A DNA stretch of 63,583 nucleotides, filler included, from Reticulomyxa filosa (Eukaryota > Protista > Foraminifera), in the NCBI GenBank assembly GCA_000512085.1. It is 17 parts of 17 records of this genome, joined end to end, with 100 filler letters (N's around TTAATTAATTAA, not from the genome) between each part and the next. Parts side by side here need not be neighbours in the genome. Positions count along the whole stretch, not along the records: positions 39,141 to 46,125 come from ASPP01003602.1; positions 46,226 to 51,332 come from ASPP01047572.1; 15 more parts are not named here. One strand, written 5' to 3'. Both the position numbers and the translations under genes were made by a program. The first letter of the stretch is position 1. Each line of letters starts with the position of its first letter. This document shows positions 39,141 through 51,332 of this stretch, one piece after another. Below the pieces are notes generated by a model. That model saw only the letters and a program-made list of their open reading frames with translations, did not search any database and was not told the origin of the DNA.

Positions 39141-39380
39141 AAAACATAACATAATTGACAACAAGCTTGTCAAAATCATTAATCCATCCTAATTTAATAT
39201 TTAATACTCGAATCCAATATTTAATAGTTATTTTAACTTCATCTTCTTCTGACGGATATATCTTAAATCACATACAATCAAATCTTAAAAGATAACTGGC
39301 TTTTTGAAGAATAGGTTTGAAATGAAACTTACAACTGGTGTGTATGTTGAAGTCACTTTTTTACTGGGAGAATTGCTCAT
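39141..39380 (-). CDS. 5' exons (39333-39380, 39151-39261) of a GWI-module gene, close paralogue of the WD40 gene starting at 18295
   Basis: MSNSPSKKVTSTYTPV|IYPSEEDEVKITIKYWIRVLNIKLGWINDFDKLVVNY; intron 1 resembles 18187-18250. Confidence 0.85.
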
Positions 39381-39649
39381 TTTTTATTTATTTCTTTTGA
39401 TAATGGTGTAAGATAACTTTTTTTATCGAAAAAGGGCTTGCCAAAACTACGACACGCAGATCAAAATTTATTTTTCAATAAAAGAAAAAATGGGGAAAAC
39501 TCTCAGGAAAAATCCGAACAATCGATAGTAGAAAGAAAAAGAAATTGTATGTCAGCTAACCATCAATTGTCTACGTGGAGTTGAGATTATCAAAAAAAGT
39601 ATGAACTTTGGTTTTCATAAAGTAATAGTACTATATGAAAACAAAATGA

Positions 39650-40853
39650 TTTAGAATGGCAATTGACCATTGTGTGTCCACAGATGAGGTAGAGGAGTGA
39701 CGATCACATTGTTATTTGGAGTAGAGAATTTCAACAGCCATGAGCAGAGAACACAAAGCATAGGAAAGCAAAACAAAATATACTAATTCAAATTGAAAAA
39801 AATGTATCAGAAATGAGCTGTCGAACTTGATCACATACATCCACAAAGCAATTTACGGATTGGTTTTAGCATTGATCTTTTTTGATTTTTTGTGTGTATG
39901 TATCGAAATGCAGCAAAGTCTTGTATTTTCAAATGGCAAAATGGTTTTGTCATATATTTTTTTTTCATTGTAGTCTTTGTCGGCCATGATGTGAGCCGAC
40001 GAACGCAAAGAGGACTCAAATGAATCGTCGATTGGATCGATTGCACTTGCGAAGTGCACACTGTAAAAATGTTTCAATTGTGCAAGTTTGGTTTTGGCGT
40101 GGAGTTGTTGTTAGAACGACAATGTTTGTAAAGGCAAATGACCATCAAACAAACCAATCGTCTCAAAGAAATGACGGTTATTTCTTTAGACTTTGTATCC
40201 ATCGGGTATTGTCCAATTCGATACGCTAGACATGGGGATATCGATCCCTCCGTTTGGAATTTCGTCCACCGGTACATGCGAGAGTATACAAAGATAATAC
40301 ATCACTAGTCATGACTTTAACCGCATTAATATTGATATGGCTTTATTATTACATAATATATGTACATGTATATACTCCATTGTGATGACCACAAAAAAAA
40401 AAAAACTTTCATTCATTCGTTGAAAGCTATATTGATCACATAAACTATGTCCAGACATTCTATTTGCAACATTTGATCCATCAATTGCTTTTGATTCATC
40501 CCTTTTCGATTTTGTTTCATTTTTTATTCAACCATTTCATATAAAAAAAAACAAATGTCCACAACGAAACATCCGATTATTAAGCATCCAAATGTAATTC
40601 TTTGATACAGCTTTTCTTTTAGAAGCTTGATCTTATTTATCATACTGCTCAGTTGGTTGTAGGATTTTTCAAACACTTGTGATTCCTTTCGTAACTTTAG
40701 ATATGCTTCTTCCACAAATAAAAGAGTGTCCGAAGAATATCGAAAAGGTGATTGTTCCAAATTATCATTATTGTTTGGATTCATTATTTCCTCCATGACA
40801 AGATCTTCAAATCCAGATCGCGTTTTTTTTTTTAAAGAAGCCACAGAGTTCAC
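39650..40853 (-). pseudogene. Hypothetical multi-exon gene, apparently disrupted
   Basis: Coding-like ORFs 40524-40853, 40074-40277 and 39853-40077 in shifting frames; no recognised domain. Confidence 0.35.
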
Positions 40854-40935
40854 ACTCTAAAAATAATTTTTTTTTTTGGAGTAAAGCTTTGAATGAAATT
40901 TGTCAGAGAAAAAGATGTTTTCAGAAAAAAATAAT

Positions 40936-42367
40936 AAATTGAATTAAATTGAATAAAATTGTAATTAAACTAAATTGTGATTGAAATTGAATTAAATTGA
41001 AGATTAAACTGAAATTGAACTGAATTGAAGTTAAATTAAAGTTAAATTAAATTAAAGTCAAATTGAGCCAAAATTAAGTCAAAATTGAATTAAACCAAAA
41101 TCAGGTTGAATTAAAAGTCAAATTACAGTTGAATCAAATCAAAGTCAAATTAAGTTAAAGTCAAATCAAGTCAAATCAAATCAAAATTGAATAAAGCCAA
41201 AGTCAAGTCAAATTAATTGAACCAAGCCGAATCAATTTAAATCAAGCTAAATAGAGTGATTGAAGTAAAGAGGCCAGAAATCAGCCAGATCGATCAGAAA
41301 TAGTCAAGTAAGTTGAGTCAAATTAATCCAAGTCAAACTGGTTTGGATCATATTGGAATGTTTTTTATTATTATTTTTATATTATTTTATTATTTTTAAA
41401 ATTACTTTATTAATAATTGGATTGGAATTGGATTAATAATTAAAGTTGGCTTATATGTGGAGTTTACTGGATGATGGACCGTAATATAATATCTCTTGGA
41501 AAGAAGGAGGAGGACACTGGAATCCTTGCTATTTAATAAACCTTAACTTTTGATATCTTGAAACATAGAATTTTCTTTTTTTCATTCTTCTTCTTTTTAC
41601 CTATATTTATATAGAAACATACAATGCAACAAACAAACACAAACACAAATAAAAAAAAAAAAAAATAGACAAACACACAAAATTGTTTGAATTATGTTCT
41701 TAAAACAAACGTAAAAGTATAAATATATAAAAATATAAACATATAAAAATATCAATACATAAAAATAAATCGACTTAAATGGTTGTTTCATTCAAAGATT
41801 TTTTTATCAAGGTTCCAATACCTCTACTCCCTCCATTTCCGTCATTTTAAATAATTTAAACTGGTCCAATCCATCCAGACTCCACGCTACCAACTTAATT
41901 ATTAATACCAATCCAATCCTTTTTTTCATCTTTTATTTTCTTTTTTTTTCCAACACAATCCTCCCCAATCTAACCCAAACCAACCCAACACCCCAAACAC
42001 AACCAAACCAAACCAACCTAGCCGCCCCGGCCCCCCTAAACCAAACAACACATATTTAACCCAACCAAATTAAAACAACTCAATCCAAAAAACCCAACAT
42101 AACACCAACCAATCCAATTTTAACCTAACTTAACCCAACTTAACCCCAACTCAACCCAACACCAACCTAAAACAACTACAATCCAACCCCAACACAACCC
42201 AACTCCAACTTAACACAACCTCAACCCAACAATAACACAATTTGACCCCAACTCAACCCAACCCCAACGTAACTCCAACGCAATCCAACAACAACATAAC
42301 CATCAACCTAACACAACCCCAACTCCAACCTAACCCAACTACAATCAAACACAAATTAACCCAATTT
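40936..42367 (-). ncRNA. Cryptic long inverted repeat; predicted G-U-rich hairpin that can form only on the minus strand (arms 40936-41528 and 41808-42367)
   Basis: Arms align in register, including their irregular 5/6-mer spacing. Differences are directional (left A vs rc-right G, left C vs rc-right T). The repeat is directly seen; an RNA function is inferred. Confidence 0.7.
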
Positions 42368-44260
42368 CCTTCTTTGGTTCAAATGAACCAAATCTTGCAA
42401 AAGTCTGGTTAATAATAACCCAAATCCAATTAAAATTCCAATCCAAATATTTGGCGCAAATCTTTTATCTATGAAATTACTTGTAATTGAATGAAGATAA
42501 TGCATAGCGCCATAATTGTGATATGCGCACCACATGTCATCCACAATGTTTTCCATACAAGAAATCCCACAGAATATAATATAACAAGTTAATAGCATTA
42601 TCAATAGCATTGCCATCCAATTTATGATAAATTCAAATATAGTCTTCTCTGGGACTTGTTCTTGCCGCTGTTTTTGATAATATTCATCTTGGCCCATAAA
42701 TTTCGTTTGATGATATCGCAATCCACGTTTTATTCTTCCTTGTATAGCACCGTTATAAAAAACAGTTGCAACCTTTTCCTCATTTACTACATGTGCTTGC
42801 ACTTCTTTTTCTATAATATCAACAAACACATACAATTATTACAAGCAAATAAATATAAATAAATATAAATTATTCATATACCTTTACGACAATGCAATCC
42901 CATTTTTTCTTGTAATAATTGTTGTCGAATTAATGGGATTTGCCTTGTCGTAATTTGGCGTTTGTATGATGGTGATTGCGACGATGGTGATAATGATAAT
43001 GATTGCGATTGTGATGAACGTATTGAAGAATATGATGTCATTGGTAATTGAGTTGATTTGGATGTGAAAGTTGAATGGATGTGGACGTTGGTGTGGATAT
43101 AGTCATAGGTGACACTGATCTTGATATAGTCTTGTGTGATTCAGTGGATGGTGCCATAATAGTTTGTGTGATCGTTGATTGATACTGGAACGTCGCAAGT
43201 GGACCAACTGGATAATGCATCTGGATTGGTTGTGTTGTATCAACATCACTACTTGATTGATAGGATGTCAATATTTCAGGTGTTGGCGATCTTGTTGATG
43301 CATCTGGAAATGATAGCAATTTCTTTAGTTGGTGTGGCGGTGTAACTGCCACCACCGTTTCCTGAAGCGATAGTCTTGGCGTATGTGATCGAAGCTGTGG
43401 TGATGGTGTTAATGGTGCATTTAGCACTAGATCATCTAAGTATTGGGACTTCAAATGGAAGTTGTCAATGTTATCTCCTACACTTTGTGGAACCTTTATA
43501 ACAAGTGATGATATTAATTGTGGAGATTGCGATTTTGGAGATTTTGGATTTGTTGCATTTGATGACGTTGATGGTGATGATGGTGGATTAGCGACATTAG
43601 ATAATTGCGATTCTGGTGATGATGGTGGATACGCAACATTTGATGATGGAGATGGCGAATTTGCAACATGTTGTGGAGATTCTGTCTTTTCCAAACTGAC
43701 ACCAAAATGTGGTGACACAATATTTAAATTATTTAATAATTTTGTTGTATCGTCCAATGATATAACTGCAACTTCTACTGATTGTGATGCAGCAATATCC
43801 AATCCACTTAATAATTTTGTAGAATCATCTAATAATGATTGTGATGATACCTTTGCTACTGATTGTGATTGTGATTTTGTAATTTCAATTTTCTCTAATT
43901 GTGAAGCGGCAATATCCAATCCACTTAATAATTTTGTAGCATCTTCTAATGATTGTGGTGATGATGACTTTGGCAATTGATGTAATGAGGATTTAGTTGT
44001 TGATTTTGTAATACCCACTGCATCTGATTGTGAATATGCTATATCTAATCCACTTAATAACTTTGTTGCATCATCTAATAATGATTGAGATGATGCTCTT
44101 GCCATTGATGATGGTGATTTTGCTGATGATTCTCGTGAAATAGCAACTGAATCTGGTTGTGATTTGGCAACCCCACTTGTTGTGCTACATCATCTCTAAC
44201 TAACTCTTCATTATAAAGTAATCTCTCCAACTCTATTCGACAATAGGGGTTAAAATCCAT
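42356..44260 (-). CDS. Ser/Pro-rich protein with internal LLDDATKLLSGLDIA repeats and C-terminal TM helices; frameshifted
   Basis: ORFs 44075-44260, 43038-44105 and 42356-42835; intron at about 42820-42886; frameshifts near 44172 (G-run) and at 42950-43070. Confidence 0.6.
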
Positions 44261-45199
44261 AATAAATTTGTTGATGTTGATGTTGACGTTGATGATATGA
44301 TGATTAGATATGAAGACTTTTTTATTTAAAAAAAAAAAGAAAACCCTTTGATTTTTTTTACTTTTAGAATGAAATGTGAAAATGAAAGAATTAACATATG
44401 TTAGAGTTTATTTTATTATTTTAAAACCAAATTCGTTAAATTTGACATAAATGTGATTTTTTCATTTAGTCAATACAAAAAGTTCAAGGAACTCAAAAAG
44501 TTTTTAAGAGAAAAATTATCATCATCTCAAACTAACGCACTGAAATATCTCAAGTGGAGCAATTTCAAAACATTTTAGTACAAATGATGAATGCATTGTT
44601 GTTTTTTGTTAGAAATGTCCAAAAAAAAAAATGCAATCATTACAAAAGTAAAAACATTGTAATTATTGTTACTATTGTTATTATTATTATTTGTGTTGTT
44701 ATTATTGGCATTACTGTTATTTTGATGGCAATTACAAAAAAAGGCATATTAAGAAATTAGTAAGAAGTGGATCGAAGACCATATGAATGCAAACCATGAT
44801 AAAAAGCATAATTGTCACAAGATGCTATTTCAATATATTTTATGTCCTGATAACGTAATTTTATTGTTTGACGACAGCAACAGCAATAAATGAGCTACTA
44901 GTACTGTTGCATTCATCCAGTTTCGAGATTGCAGAGAATATAAATAAAGAGGTACATATTGTTTATTGAAATATATCACCGGTGCTCTTATTCAATACTC
45001 AAGTATATCTCATCAGTGTGCAGGTTTTGCTTTAAATTATGCTAGAATTATATACATTGTTACAAAAATGTACTATATGTTATGTTGTAATAGTAAATAG
45101 CGACAATGACTCAACTATTTGTCAAATTGTTGTAAAAAAAATTTTGGCTTGGACTCTAGTCATCGTCTTGATTATTAGAAAGAATTTGGAATATTGATA

Positions 45200-45911
45200 T
45201 TTTTTGCACAAGCAAAATTGGGTATCTTTTTCGTTGGCAATTTCGATTGCATTTTTGGTCGCCTCGTGCTTGTATTAAATGAGATTATCGTAAACAAGTC
45301 TATTCGCAAGCGATTTGGAATTGTCCAAGATTTTAAATTGCGAGAGAAATGATTTACTATGCTTGGATCAATGTCTATGAAGAATAACCCATCATATCCG
45401 ACTCCATTTCTAGCATGTTAAAGAAAAAAATAATAATAAAGGTTCAATACAAAAAAAGATATCAACAAAATTCACATACCTTAAGTTGTTATCTTGAAAT
45501 TTTTTAATACATTTAATGCAATATTGCGCTTCTCTTCCAAATTGAAATGGGTTATTGATCTTGTTTACATCAATCGTCGGAAGCTTTGATTTGGGAAATA
45601 GATTGTACAAATATCTGTCTGCAGTACATTGAAACGAATCAAATTTGGATGGGATTTCAATGAGGAATGCCATATTTGGATTCACATGGAAATTGTAATG
45701 TCAGTATCAATGTGTCGTAAATACAACAATTGGAATAAAAAATTGTTAATTTCTTTGCCCACACAATGTGATATATATATTCAAATGCTATAAACCACCA
45801 GATCATCTTTGCAATTTCTTTTGAATTATCGTGATTGCTCTTTTTAATATGCTCCAATATCTTTGTGTTTGTAAAAATGAATGAAATCAATATATGGCAT
45901 GTTACACCCAA
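45200..45911 (-). pseudogene. Decayed fragment of a large protein, possibly RNF213/AAA-like
   Basis: FHVNPNMAFLIEIPSKF...LYNLFP...INNPFQFGREAQYCIK; intron-interrupted and broken. The family assignment is tentative. Confidence 0.3.
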
Positions 45912-46479
45912 AAACAGTCATGTAGAATTTTCTTTTAGGAAGAATAATTGTTGTAAACACAAATAAATCAAAAATTAGTTTCTTTCACACGTTTTGACTG
46001 ACAAAGAAAAGTAAGAAACATAGCAGTACATTTTCTTTATTGCTCACCAAATTGCGACAAAATCATTACTACATATTTGTAAAAAAATTAATTTTGAAGA
46101 AACTCTTTGCCATAAAAAATTAAAANNNNNNNNNNNNNNNNNNNNNNNNNNNNNNNNNNNNNNNNNNNNTTAATTAATTAANNNNNNNNNNNNNNNNNNN
46201 NNNNNNNNNNNNNNNNNNNNNNNNNATCAATCATTATTAACATATTTTTTTTTTTTAGTATAGAAAGAGGCTATTCGTTGAGTCCAAAAGAAAATATCAT
46301 AAAATAAGCACAATCACATTTGAATAAAGTACAAAATAATGTAATATTCAAATCTGAGTTAACACGATGCTCAAGATGAACAGAAAGCACAGCCGTATGA
46401 AGAAATAGGAAGGAGTGTGTCTAAAGAAAAAATCAAAAATAATTTTGATAATGATTCCACTTTGTTACCAAAATCTGAA

Positions 46480-49400
46480 ACAAATTATAAGCATTGCTAC
46501 CAATAGCCTTGTTCTATTATCGTTAAAATAGAGTTTAGTTAGGATTGTAAAGAATTTAAAGTGTGCCACAATTCACCGACGTGGTTTACCAACAATGTAT
46601 TTTTCTTTTCAAATAATTTCCAATCTTCTTTTTCAAATTTCATTTTTTCCATCCATTTTGAAAGATGTTCATCCCTGAATTAGATGTGTCACAAACAAAT
46701 GTGTTCTTTTTTTAAATCAACAAAACACAAAATATATTGAAAATCTTAACATATTAAGGTCACTAATATTATGACCCATCATTACAATAATTTGATAAGT
46801 GATTTCAAGTACATGTTGTGCTTGATGTGGATCATCAAAAAATGATTGAACAAATTCTAATTCATTGGAATTGAAAGTGCATTTTTTGAAACTTGGATAA
46901 TAACGATCAAGATTATCCAAAATACTTTGAATGGTTAATTCATTCGCATATTCAAACATTGCAACACTGATGTCGATTTCATGTCTGCCAAATATAGCAC
47001 AGTCATATATTTCATTCTCAATCGATTTAAAATCAATCCATTCATCACGATAATCTTGTCCATATTCCAAAGTTGGGCAATACCATGATCGAATGATATC
47101 ATCAATTTTCTCTTTATCAATACAAATAATATCTTGATTAGTAATATCAAATAAAGACTTTGAAATAACAATAGAAGTTGAATTATTATCATATTTTTGT
47201 TCATTTTTCTTTTTTTTTTTTTCATCGTCATTTGAAGAGGAAGGAGATTTTCTTTTATAAGAACCAATATTTTTCAATAAGTTATTTTGAATATCTTGTA
47301 ACATTTCAACAATTGCAACAATGAATAATCCTGGAGTATTTGTATGTGCAGTACAATGATTAAAGCTCACCTCTTTATTATTTAATAACTCGGGAATTGT
47401 AATTTCTGTCGATCCGACATTAATACGTTCATCCACAAACATATTCCAACATTGTTTGAATCCTTGCCATTCTTGAATAGCTTTTTTGTCATAACAATTG
47501 CTAATGATGGTATTTATTGTTGTATTTTGGCATTCTCGATATGTCAATCTTCCAGAATATTCCACGTAACAATATTTCATCCATTGTCCAATAGAAGGTA
47601 AATATCTTACACATTCTAATTTGTCAATTATTTTCAAAGTATTGAACAATAAAGGATATTTATTAGCCAATTCAGCATTGTTGTATAATTTGAATAACAA
47701 TTCTTCAGATGACATCTTACGAGTTACTAAAAATAAGTTACGAATAAAAGATGTATCAACATCCGGATAAGTCTCTTCTTCACCAATGATTTTCCTGATT
47801 TCACTTTCATAAAAAAGTGTGGATTTCAATATTGCTGGTTTGCCAAAATATGATATATATTTTTTTTCAAATTTTTTTTCAAAATTTTGAATGATACTTG
47901 GAATCACAGTCTGCAATGTCTCCAGACTTGTTTGATTGTACCAATTCCTAAATTTACGGAACCAAAGATGCAGTGCCATAGAAAGTTGTTCTTCGCTCAA
48001 TTCTGTCATTTTGCACAATGTCATAAATTGTTGTTTGGCACGTTTCCATAAAAGTTCAGTTATATTGTCCGAATGTTTCAATAATTTAATGAGAATTGGA
48101 CAACCCTGCAATTCACTCACATCTCTCAATAGCATTGTCAAAGAGTTCAGTAATTGTAACAATTCACAAATCACTGGCGATATATTCTTTTGTTGTCTAA
48201 GATCGAAAATCACATCTAAGTTATGTCTTTTTGAAAAGAAAGGAAAACAACATTGAGAATACAACTTTTAAAAAGAAACAGTACATACAAATCATCAATT
48301 TCAGATTGTATATTGGTTTGCTGTGCAAGAAGTTCTGGTTCTTCAATCTTAGCAGAACACCAAGGATCGGTACATTTGGTAACTCTTCGAACAGTTCCAT
48401 GTTTTTTCATCAACAAAGCGTGTCCATTTCGACAATGATGCAACGAAAAGGCGCTGCTTTTAACATTCTTTGGTGGCTCTCCAAGCATGCGTTGATCTTC
48501 ATATTGATCAGGATTGTTTAACAATATTGTAAAAGGATTAGCTATTCATAGTATATACAAACAAAGTAAAGTAGATAAATAAGTAAATTAAGAAAAAATA
48601 GAATTATTAATTGTTATCTTGAAAAACTTTTGGTGATTAGAAGGGTCACTAGCCAATGAAAACAAAGGTTGACAATAATGAAATGGGTTGTATCTTCGGC
48701 TTTGGATGATCGAAACATTTGTATTTGTGTGTTGGCATCTTGACTAAATAAATTTTTGATACAGTTTTCTTCAGTCTTAGGAAAAACAATATCACACTCG
48801 AACAGGTATGATAACACTATTTATTTGTTTATGAGAGTTCAGCAAGAGAGAAATATTGCAACAAAAGTCGTGTAGTTTATTGTATGATATTGTAAAAACA
48901 CACATGACGTATTTAAGCGTTTGTCAGGGTTAGTTGAAGAAGTCGCGACCGACAGAGCGGCAATGAATAAAGGGATAAGATCTTTTTTTGCGTTGATAAC
49001 GCAGCTTTTGATAGTATTGGCACTTGATAACTTTTGTTTGAAATAATTGTATTTATCCGCAAAGGCTTTGCTGAATGGAGCCCCCAGCCATTCACACATG
49101 TCCCCTGGTTCCAATTCCGAAAACACACAACTCTGCTTTTTGGATGCAAAGATGTGATACTTCTTTCTTATTTCGGATTGAGTGAAGAAGTTTTGTGTCC
49201 AACAGGGACCTTTTAATATACAACACTGTCTTAAAAACCAAATATGCAAGTATTGTTCGTACAAATCTGAAACATCGCCGAATTGCGCTTTGTTGCTTTT
49301 GAAATACGATAATGCCTCACTGATTTTATCCAAAGTTGATTTAAACGTCTCGTAGGCAGAGAGTTCTCCAGTTGTTTCAGATCTACACAAGAAATTTATG

Positions 49401-51332
49401 TATTCTGTTAATTGGATTTTGAGTTTGGTAATAGCTTCAATTTTTTTGATTGAATTTGGATTTGGATTAGGTACTATTTTACAGTCTAAATTTTTTTGGT
49501 TCATCAACATTCGTTCGTAGACACGATTCAGGGAAGCATTTCTGCAACCATATTTTTCAAGAAAGGTTGGATCTATCTCTTTGACTTTGGCAAGAAAGAG
49601 TTCCAATGCTTGTAGCACCAATACATTTACAGAATTCTCTCTGGGTAATTCCTCGATTCTGCATATGATGTATCCAATTACATTTTGAAACATTAATTGA
49701 GTCGTTTGTTCATCCAATGGTTCCATTTGTTGCACAATGTGCAACGAGTCTCGAATGAAATATATAATCTTTCGCATCAACGAAACAGAAAGAGAATGAC
49801 TTTCAATAATCGAATTTATAATTTGTGCAAATGTGTCCTTTGTTGCAAATCCTTGTTTTGCCAAATTCAATGTGTTCATTGTCTCATTGGATGAGATCAA
49901 ATAACAATCGATTGTCCAAAAGTATTTGAGTCCAAAATTTTTCATTTGGAGTTGTCGATATACAGATAAAAATTCTTGATATTCCCCCTCTTTTGAACAT
50001 TGTTGGTGTAGAAAACTTGCAATACTTTGCAAAGCATCACATGCAAGATGGATTTTGCGAGGAATGTTGTCTTTGTTGTCCGTTTGAGATGGATGCCACA
50101 AGAAATATTCGGACAACTTCAATGTTACTTTGATTAATTGGACCAACGGGGAATATTTCCCATTGAACAATTGTTCAATACTAGATCGTATCTGCGTATC
50201 GCACAGTGACAATAATTGCAAATAACTTTCAATCACATCTTTCATTTGGTAAAGAGTCACTTCAATCAATGGAATATTTACTTTGGATCGCTTTTTTTCC
50301 ATTATAATTCCAATCCAAAATATAATGCCTTTGGCAATATTAGGTATATCATCATTTGCCTGGACAGAAATATATCGATGAAACATTCCTCGAATCACAT
50401 CTTTCGTATACATTGCACATTCCCTTTCCTCACAATTATTCAGCAAGGAGAACGGTTCGCCACTGGAATTCATGACTCTCTCCAAGTTGGAAACAGGCTC
50501 ACTCCACCAACTGCAACCTGCTTGAATTTGTTTAACAAACCAAGTATGAAAATTCCAACTAAAAGGAAATTGTGCTTTGTACAACATTTTCACCTTGAAA
50601 AAATGCAAATTTTTGTCTGGGATGTACTCATGATGAGATATTGGGACAAATTGTTTATTTCTTCCACTACTCACAAAAATAGAAAGCAGAAGAGGTTTCT
50701 TCAGACTGTCAAGTGCTGCCTATTTACAACAGTGTAATTACCATTTATCATTAGAATGTTTTCTTTAGGTAGGTAAAAGAGATGTTTTTTTTTTTGGTTA
50801 AACTTCCAAATAGCAATTTTCACAAAGCGCCAACAGAACCTGAATCCACCCGCTGGTGATTAAACTGTCAACAACATGCTTACAATTTTGAATAAAACTA
50901 TATTGTTGCCCATTTTTAGACTGTAATAGCTTTTTGTAAAGTCCTTTTTTTAAAATCTCGTAAAGTGTGTAACCATCGGCCATTTGATTTTTTGCTTGTT
51001 TCAGTCGTTCTATCATCATGCTATGCACAGGTTCTAACAAGACATTAGACTCAGCAAATTCATGTTTGATCTTCGACAAGACATGACGAAAGGAAGGAAA
51101 TATTAAGTAATAAAATGCTCTTTGTAAATTTTCTTTCAACACCTTTTATTATTTTCACAAAGATATTATTTAAACACTCATAAAAACAATAACAGCAATA
51201 AAAATAACTGATATGGAGGATGGATCATTAGTCGTAGTCGATTGGTTATCGTCAAGTAACTTTTGCAGAGAAAGTGAAGATTGGTTTATCAATGAATCCA
51301 CAAATACTGTCTTCCATTTTCTACGTTTCCCC
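46480..51332 (-). CDS. RNF213 (mysterin)-like giant E3 ligase, C-terminal region, multi-exon, partial
   Basis: QFPFSW motif; RZ-finger-like CRNGH-x15-CxxxxC; C-terminal YLPSIGQW...TINTII...FKQCWN...GLFIVAIVEMLQDIQNNLL...LEYGQ...DFKSIENEI pattern typical of the RNF213 CTD. Confidence 0.75.

Noticed and set aside
41948-42360. Telomeric repeat or G-quadruplex array
   Set aside because: Units are degenerate 5/6-mers, lie inside the contig, and are explained position by position as the partner arm of 40936-41358.
43462-43980. Asp/Cys/Gly-rich plus-strand ORF, and other antisense ORFs over WD40, CDF and E3 genes
   Set aside because: These are shadow frames of the real opposite-strand coding sequence.
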